Below are positions 36,553 through 42,088 of a DNA stretch of 64,000 nucleotides, piece by piece. A model generated the notes under the pieces. It ran no database searches and was not told the origin of the DNA. It worked only from the letters and a program-made list of their open reading frames with translations. This DNA comes from a phage. Position numbers and translations under genes: made by a program. The DNA lies in the sequence record NC_129898.1. One strand, 5' to 3'. Position 1 is the stretch's first letter. Each line of letters begins with the position of its first letter.

Positions 36553-37107
36553 ATGAAATATTTTGTAACAAGCGATACACACTTTCTCCACCAGCGAGTC
36601 ATGGAGTTTGATTCATGTCAAAAACACAGATCTCAGTATGATCACAATCTTGACAGTATGAACGAAGGAATCATTGCAGAGTGGAACTCTGTTGTATCAC
36701 CAGAAGACACTGTGTTTCACTTGGGCGATATTGCATGCACTAAGGATAAGAATATCAACAACTTATTTCCAGATATTCTAAATATGTTGAACGGACATAT
36801 TATTCTTGTTCGTGGTAACCATGACACAAGGACGACTGTCAGAATTATGAAAGAGTTCGGTAATGAGGTTGTAGATTATTACGAGCTTCGCCACAACAAG
36901 AATTTGATCTGTATGAGCCATTACCAGTTTGCAAAGTGGAACAGAAAGCCTCACGGATCAGTCCAACTGTTCGGTCATGCTCACGGAACCACACAGCAGT
37001 TGTTTGGCAGGCAGTTTGATGTCGGTTGGGATGTGTGGGGGAGACTCTTACCATTAGAAGAGGCATACCGTATTGCAATGAGTCTTGCTATTGACAGCGG
37101 GGAGTAA
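36553..37107 (+). CDS. calcineurin-like metallophosphoesterase
   Basis: SDTHF (DxH), LGDI (GD), GNHD, GHAHG motifs in order. Confidence 0.75.
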   Translation: MKYFVTSDTHFLHQRVMEFDSCQKHRSQYDHNLDSMNEGIIAEWNSVVSPEDTVFHLGDIACTKDKNINNLFPDILNMLNGHIILVRGNHDTRTTVRIMKEFGNEVVDYYELRHNKNLICMSHYQFAKWNRKPHGSVQLFGHAHGTTQQLFGRQFDVGWDVWGRLLPLEEAYRIAMSLAIDSGE

Positions 37108-37154
37108 TCCCTGCTATTTTAAAGAAAATTGCCACACAAGGAGAATCAGGAGAT

Positions 37155-37505
37155 ATGAAAGAGGAGGATAAGCTGCCATACCTTAAAGTCCCATTTGGAA
37201 TACTGTCTATGTCAAAAGTTTTGAATGATACAACTGGAGAGGTTGTTGTTCTTGACTTGTATGACAAGATCGTATACTGCTACCTGCACAACTGGTATAA
37301 GCTTGGAGGAAATTCACGCTTCACACCCAGCACAAGGAAAATTGCAGCAGATGTTGGGATAAAGAAAACAAAAGCAGCAGCGTGCGTTAAAACTTTAGAA
37401 TGTGCAGGAGTGGTTGAAATATCCACACAAGGGAGAGGTAAAAGATGCACATTTTCCAAAGTTTTGCCACCAGAAGAGGTTATTCGAATGTCAACAACTG
37501 GTTAG
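37155..37505 (+). CDS. helix-turn-helix DNA-binding protein candidate
   Basis: STRKIAADVGIKKTKAAACVKTLECAGVVE HTH-like segment; 116 aa; immediately upstream of the palindrome array. Confidence 0.45.
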   Translation: MKEEDKLPYLKVPFGILSMSKVLNDTTGEVVVLDLYDKIVYCYLHNWYKLGGNSRFTPSTRKIAADVGIKKTKAAACVKTLECAGVVEISTQGRGKRCTFSKVLPPEEVIRMSTTG

Positions 37506-37580
37506 ACCAGTAAAAACTTAAATATCTGTACTATAAGGATTCGTATGTTTTATGTCCATCCAAGAGCAGAGGGTAGTAAC

Positions 37581-37661
37581 TGTCCGTGATACGGACACTA
37601 CTGTCCGTCACGCGGACACATCTGCCCGTAATACGGACACTAACTGTCCGCAATACGGACA
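37581..37661. repeat. array of four 17-bp palindromic operator-like sites at ~21-bp pitch
   Basis: TGTCCGTGATACGGACA (37581-37597), TGTCCGTCACGCGGACA (37602-37618), TGCCCGTAATACGGACA (37623-37639), TGTCCGCAATACGGACA (37645-37661); half-sites TGTCCGT/ACGGACA. Confidence 0.7.
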
Positions 37662-37800
37662 CATAAAGAATATAACTAAAATAACTAAATAATAAAAAAA
37701 AATAAAAGATCTAGTAATTATGGTACTAAAGTACATATACTTAACTTATGTAGAATATACTAGATCCTAAGTACCATGTTTTAAATTTATTACTTACTAT

Positions 37801-38160
37801 TGGTAGTGTCGGCCCTTCATTGGCACTCGCCTACGAGGGGCGAGATGCCGGGCCTCCATAGTGCACACAATGACAGGAGTGCATACATGCAGGACTGTTA
37901 ACATGTGTGGGAGCGAAGCTATAGCGCAGGCCAAAGGCCGAGCACTAATGTGGACCACCGACGAAAGCTTGCCAGCGCCGTAAGGAGTCGGTTGAGAGCC
38001 TCCCGCGCGAGTTTAGTTAAAGTTTATGTGTGGAAACGGACAGGAAGGCCCCTAAATCGCCACACAGCTGCGTAAACTATACCAAGTAAGGCAATCGCAC
38101 CAGTTTGATAGAAAAGCTCGTTACAAAGCGATACAGTGAGTTTTTCTATAACTTGAAGAG
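37801..38160 (+). ncRNA. GC-rich ORF-free structured block (candidate non-coding RNA or leader)
   Basis: No ORF >=60 aa on either strand; nested helix GGCCC/GGGCC, GGCA/TGCC, CTCGCC/GGCGAG at 37811-37854. Confidence 0.25.
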
Positions 38161-38169
38161 GAGGCAGTT

Positions 38170-38748
38170 ATGAGTTCACGCAAAGATGACCGCGAAAAGA
38201 TTGCAAAACGTTATCAGAATGAAGAACAGATGGAGAAAACTTTCAAGTGGAAGCCAGGTTTCCAGCGTAATCATTCTAACGCTCGTGATCGTAAGCATCC
38301 GGATAAGTGGCTAACACCGCCAAATGATGGCATGCAGGTTGGTGATGAGAAGGAGCTATCGCCTGGAAAAGATGGCAACTACATTCGCACTAAGGACGCT
38401 GGTCCAAAGGATGACAGCTATCTTGTAGATAAGGTTCTTGATGGTATTGATGTAGATGTTGACACCACACGGAACTTTTTTCTTGGGTGGTATCGCACAG
38501 GTTTTTTCGACATCAAGGCCATTCGTCGTGTTTGTGATATTAAAAAGTCTGCATATGATGACGACTCGTTACATCGCACCCTGAGGCAATATTCAGAAAG
38601 ATATGGTCATCCGGTTATCACTCTTGACGATGTTGACGAAGTGATGTATCATGCAGAGGTTGTTGCAGGCAGATTTGGTGATGCATATCTTGATATCCTT
38701 TCTGCAAACGATGAGGTAATGTTGAATAAGATTTACTACGAACGTTGA
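38170..38748 (+). CDS. hypothetical protein
   Basis: 192 aa; GAGGAGG RBS upstream. Confidence 0.55.
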   Translation: MSSRKDDREKIAKRYQNEEQMEKTFKWKPGFQRNHSNARDRKHPDKWLTPPNDGMQVGDEKELSPGKDGNYIRTKDAGPKDDSYLVDKVLDGIDVDVDTTRNFFLGWYRTGFFDIKAIRRVCDIKKSAYDDDSLHRTLRQYSERYGHPVITLDDVDEVMYHAEVVAGRFGDAYLDILSANDEVMLNKIYYER

Positions 38749-38758
38749 GGAGAGCTTA

Positions 38759-38947
38759 ATGAACAATCCGGTAGCAAAGAACTGTAATAAGTTCAACAAG
38801 TCTGCAATTCACACTGACAGGAAAAAGAGCTGGTCACCGGACATTGACGAGGAGCTTGAGAATTACTTTGAAGATCTGGTTACCAATGCAGGTGAGGTTG
38901 CGATTAAAGAATACGCAGACAGGAGGGATAAGGCCGGAATCTGTTGA
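38759..38947 (+). CDS. hypothetical protein
   Basis: 62-aa ORF. Confidence 0.4.
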   Translation: MNNPVAKNCNKFNKSAIHTDRKKSWSPDIDEELENYFEDLVTNAGEVAIKEYADRRDKAGIC

Positions 38948-39023
38948 CAAAAATAATGTTACCTGATAAGATCTGCAATATGATGTGATACAATTTTAAC
39001 TTACGAGGTCTACAGGTAATGCT

Positions 39024-39266
39024 ATGTTTAAGGTTAAGCTCGTTTTCCGTTCCATGAATGAGGATTATTTAGAAGATGAAGGTGAATTTCGTGCACTAGA
39101 TGATGCAATAGATTTTGCCAACGACTTAGCTTGTATGAACACGGGTTATGGGTTGTGTTGTTGGGACGGTGGTATTCAGATCGGTGATAGCAAAATCTTC
39201 TACTTCTACCCTGAGCCGGATAACAAACAAATTAAGTATGTTTTATTTATTTGTGCTTTACAATGA
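39024..39266 (+). CDS. hypothetical protein
   Basis: 80-aa ORF. Confidence 0.45.
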   Translation: MFKVKLVFRSMNEDYLEDEGEFRALDDAIDFANDLACMNTGYGLCCWDGGIQIGDSKIFYFYPEPDNKQIKYVLFICALQ

Positions 39267-39553
39267 GGTTGTTTTCGTGTATCATGATGAATATCCAATT
39301 TAAAGATGAATTTGATGGCTTTATCTCCGGATGCTTTGAAACAGGGTTCGGAGAATGCTGAGTTCCCATTAGAGGGCTTGATAGTGCACCACACTTAAAA
39401 TGGTAGGGGCAGCCAGCACATGACGATGTGACCCCAGCCAACCTGTAATAAGGTCGAGCCAAAGCGCGGTAATGGGTCTCTGGTAACCCACTTGTTGGGT
39501 CTTGTGGTCCAGGACGCTGGGCAAGTCGCAGGGAATACCACCCTGCGGCGAAC

Positions 39554-39599
39554 TTGACAATCAGTATTTGCCGTGATAAAATCCACCTATCACGTGATA
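39554..39599 (+). promoter_or_regulatory. sigma70-like promoter with overlapping 12-bp palindrome
   Basis: TTGACA (39554-39559), 17-nt spacer, TG-n-TAAAAT (39574-39582); perfect palindrome TATCACGTGATA (39588-39599). Confidence 0.55.
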
Positions 39600-39610
39600 A
39601 TGGAGGAAAC

Positions 39611-39949
39611 ATGGCGGATACAACTAAAAAGCGTCGCCGTAGAGGCAGACCTCTGAAAGAGGAGTCCAACGCCATTCAGCTAGAGAAGAACATTCTTGAT
39701 ATGAAGGAATCTTTTATAGCGATGGTTCCAGAAGCTCACAAAGTTTTAAGAGAGCTGATGTTGGATCCGAAAACCAAGCAAAATATTCGTCAAAGCATTG
39801 CAGAGTATGTTCTTGATAAGGCAGACCGAATGCAGGAAGAATATGATGAGATGTTTGGTGAAGAGGAAGAGGTGGTAGTAGAAGAGGCTGAAAAACCAGC
39901 ACCTTTTATGCCATTTACCACAGAAATACAGCCTGTTAGCAATAGCTAA
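39611..39949 (+). CDS. hypothetical protein with Arg-rich DNA-binding N-terminus
   Basis: ATG 39611 with GGAGG RBS; MADTTKKRRRRGRPLK then acidic C-terminus; possible small terminase or regulator. Confidence 0.5.
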   Translation: MADTTKKRRRRGRPLKEESNAIQLEKNILDMKESFIAMVPEAHKVLRELMLDPKTKQNIRQSIAEYVLDKADRMQEEYDEMFGEEEEVVVEEAEKPAPFMPFTTEIQPVSNS

Positions 39950-40045
39950 AATATTTTCTTGACAAACTTTGCTTAACAGTGTAATATTGTAAACATGGTC
40001 TCCCACCTTTTCTGGCGGCTAAGGTGTAAAAGAAAGCCACCCAGT

Positions 40046-40117
40046 GCCCTGTTAGCTTAGTGGATAAAGCAGCGGCCTTCTAAGCCGTTGACACTGGTTC
40101 GAGTCCAGTACGGGGTG
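40046..40117 (+). tRNA. tRNA-Arg (anticodon TCT)
   Basis: Acceptor GCCCTGT/ACGGGGT, D-stem GCTT/AAGC, anticodon loop CTTCTAA, T-loop TTCGAGT, CCA encoded. Confidence 0.8.
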
Positions 40118-40250
40118 CCAAGTTCTTTTTAATGTAGCTTACTTTAGCAGAGTAAATCTTCGGCAAGTGGCGGTAACCACTTTACCGATACCTCATAGTT
40201 AGTGGTGAGAACACTAGCTATTTTAAAAAGAATTTAAATATTAGTATTTA

Positions 40251-40335
40251 GGTGAGTTAATTCCGTAGGGGTAGCGGGGCAGACTGTAAATCTGTTATCA
40301 TTGCGATTCGGGTGGTTCGACTCCATCACTCACCA
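40251..40335 (+). tRNA. tRNA-Tyr (anticodon GTA), long variable arm
   Basis: Acceptor GGTGAGT/ACTCACC, anticodon loop CTGTAAA, T-loop TTCGACT, discriminator A, CCA encoded. Confidence 0.75.
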
Positions 40336-40452
40336 CCAAATTTATATTTTTAAATGCATAAATCATACAGATAATGGCATTGATATTTATCGTCGTTTAT
40401 ACTAGTCACTAACTGCTCGAAAATCAGTGTCATTATCAGTATTGTTTATAAA

Positions 40453-40540
40453 AGAGGGTAGGGAGCAATGGTGCTCAAGCGGTCTTGAAAACCGTCCCGT
40501 TGAGGATGACTCGATGATGGTTCGATTCCATTATCCTCTG
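40453..40540 (+). tRNA. tRNA-Ser (anticodon TGA), long variable arm
   Basis: Acceptor AGAGGGT/ATCCTCT, anticodon stem GCGGT/ACCGT with loop CTTGAAA, T-loop TTCGATT, discriminator G. Confidence 0.7.
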
Positions 40541-40640
40541 CCATATTGTTGACCTTGTAATTAAGCGAAAGCCGGAAGCAGAACCGGATTATCAAATGTT
40601 ACAGTCGTCATCGCCGACTAGCCACATGGTCAACATATTG

Positions 40641-40737
40641 CGCTAGGTAAGCCCTTTGGCAAGGGCGAGGATTTTTAATCCTGAAAATAGACGAGGTAGT
40701 CGTTGAATACATAGATGGTTCGATTCCATCACCTAGC
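40641..40737 (+). tRNA. atypical 97-nt tRNA-like element (anticodon loop TTTTTAA, possibly UUU)
   Basis: Perfect acceptor GCTAGGT/ACCTAGC, D-stem GCCC/GGGC, canonical T-arm GATGG-TTCGATT-CCATC, but ~30-nt variable region with ACGA-GGTAG-TCGT hairpin. Confidence 0.35.
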
Positions 40738-40743
40738 ACCTTT

Positions 40744-40816
40744 TGCTGATGTAGCACAATTGGCAGTGCAATTGATTTGTAATCAATAGGTTGCAGGTTC
40801 AAGTCCTGCCATCAGC
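40744..40816 (+). tRNA. tRNA-Thr (anticodon TGT)
   Basis: Acceptor GCTGATG/CATCAGC, D-stem GCAC/GTGC, anticodon stem ATTGA/TCAAT with loop TTTGTAA, T-loop TTCAAGT. Confidence 0.8.
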
Positions 40817-40820
40817 ACCA

Positions 40821-40892
40821 TGGCCCTGTAGCTGGAAGGTTCAAGCAAGCGACTCATAATCGCCAGACGGTGGTTCAATTCCACCCAGGGCC
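40821..40892 (+). tRNA. tRNA-Met or Ile2 (anticodon CAT), elongator-type
   Basis: Acceptor GGCCCTG/CAGGGCC with paired 1:72, anticodon loop CTCATAA, T-loop TTCAATT. Confidence 0.7.
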
Positions 40893-40907
40893 ACCAAATT
40901 ATAAATA

Positions 40908-40981
40908 CTCCGCGTAGCTCAGCTTGGTAGAGCGCCTGATTTGGGATCAGGAGGTCGAGTGTTCGAATCACTCCGTGGAGA
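40908..40981 (+). tRNA. tRNA-Pro (anticodon TGG)
   Basis: Acceptor CTCCGCG/CGTGGAG (C1:G72), D-arm GCTCAGCTTGGTAGAGC, anticodon stem CCTGA/TCAGG with loop TTTGGGA, T-loop TTCGAAT. Confidence 0.8.
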
Positions 40982-41030
40982 CCACCTTTAGTTATACTTT
41001 AAACATATACACACAAAAGGAACCTTTAAA

Positions 41031-41300
41031 ATGTATACACTTAAAATTGTAGAGCGTGTAAATCCAACCCATACTGTAGATTTTCGTGACGATTTCAATC
41101 CTCTGGCTGTAAATCTTCGAGAGTCATATCATGAACTCAGCTGCGATGCAGTGGTGGTCTTTTTTGAAGACAACTCTGAAGGGGCGGTAGCTTGTGTTGT
41201 TGATAGTGAGCAGAAGTTTTATATTTACAGAGATGTAGATGCATACTTGATGAATGAAAATGCAGTTACTGTTAGAATCATCCACCGAGTGCCTCGATAA
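41031..41300 (+). CDS. hypothetical protein
   Basis: 89-aa ORF with AAAGGAAC RBS-like upstream. Confidence 0.45.
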   Translation: MYTLKIVERVNPTHTVDFRDDFNPLAVNLRESYHELSCDAVVVFFEDNSEGAVACVVDSEQKFYIYRDVDAYLMNENAVTVRIIHRVPR

Positions 41301-41356
41301 GTATTAGTCTCCTTTTAGTTAGTTTCGATCTATTTAGGTTACTCAATTTTAACCCG

Positions 41357-41392
41357 CCCCGTTAGCTGTATAGCTGCGGGGTTTTTTCGTTT
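41357..41392 (+). terminator. intrinsic terminator
   Basis: CCCCG-TT-AGCT-GTAT-AGCT-G-CGGGG hairpin followed by TTTTTTCGTTT. Confidence 0.7.
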
Positions 41393-41405
41393 CTGGAGCC
41401 TTAAA

Positions 41406-41804
41406 ATGATTTCAGTTTTAACATGGCTAGGTAGGTATAGAGGGATCATAAAAGGTTTAGTTTTTGCAGCTGCTCTAGGCACAGCATACCTTGGGGCCGT
41501 GTATTGGTTTAACTCTAAGCTTAACGCTGCTTATCAGGAAGGTGTAACAGCAACAGAGTTGAAGTGGGAGCAGATCCTTGACCAGCAACAAAAGCGAGCC
41601 GACAGGATTAAAATGGGACATGCCGAGGAGGTGAAAAACCTTGAAAAATCCCTTTCTGACTTACAGGATAAGCTGGAGGCAGCTAAGATGGCAGGTAAAG
41701 AAAAGCAGATTATTTACCTCCAGTCACCTGAGGGTAAGAAGTCAACACTCCCTGACCAGCTTATAGATATCTATAACGAGAGCATCAATCAGGAGGGTAG
41801 ATGA
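41406..41804 (+). CDS. i-spanin (Rz-like) candidate
   Basis: N-terminal TM helix GLVFAAALGTAYLGAVYWF followed by a charged coiled-coil periplasmic domain; overlaps the next ORF by 4 nt. Confidence 0.55.
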   Translation: MISVLTWLGRYRGIIKGLVFAAALGTAYLGAVYWFNSKLNAAYQEGVTATELKWEQILDQQQKRADRIKMGHAEEVKNLEKSLSDLQDKLEAAKMAGKEKQIIYLQSPEGKKSTLPDQLIDIYNESINQEGR

Positions 41805-42088
41805 GAGCCACCGTATTATTAGTTGCTTGCTTGCTTCTGTGCGGATGCGCGACAAGTGTCGAAAAAGAATATAAGATTGATCCTCCGGATGTGGGAAGAT
41901 TGATTGTTAAACCGCCCGAAGGTGCTATGAAGCCTCCTGCTAAAGCTATACCTTTAAAGAAAGGTGCGCCTGATGCGGTGAATTCTGGCATTATGAGGGA
42001 TAATAACCTGTCTTGCAGTAATGATAGGGCTAAATTGATCATTTTGCAAGACTATATTAGAACACTGTTTCCAAAGGAGAGAGGTTAA
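41801..42088 (+). CDS. o-spanin (Rz1-like) lipoprotein candidate
   Basis: Signal peptide with Cys-containing lipobox-like LLLCGCAT, proline-rich mature region (DPPDVG, KPPEG, KPPAK). Confidence 0.55.
   Translation: MRATVLLVACLLLCGCATSVEKEYKIDPPDVGRLIVKPPEGAMKPPAKAIPLKKGAPDAVNSGIMRDNNLSCSNDRAKLIILQDYIRTLFPKERG

Noticed and set aside
37581-37661. Possible CRISPR array (short repeats at regular spacing)
   Set aside because: Only four units, each an internally palindromic 17-mer with a 4-5 bp gap rather than 20-40 bp unique spacers; no cas genes; the pattern fits protein-binding operators or iterons.
39247-39675. 142-aa minus-strand ORF across the GC-rich block and promoter
   Set aside because: Runs antisense through a near-consensus promoter and the start of 39611..39949; no RBS; Pro/Arg/Leu-rich composition typical of GC-rich non-coding sequence.
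40121-40250. Possible additional tRNA between tRNA-Arg and tRNA-Tyr
   Set aside because: Contains small hairpins (GTGG-CGGTAA-CCAC) but no T-loop (GTTCRANYC) or acceptor/terminal complementarity; could still be a small stable RNA, not callable by eye.
40000-41000. tRNA cluster as a prophage integration site / lysogeny module
   Set aside because: No integrase, excisionase, repressor pair or direct att repeats nearby; tRNAs are complete and co-oriented with phage genes.
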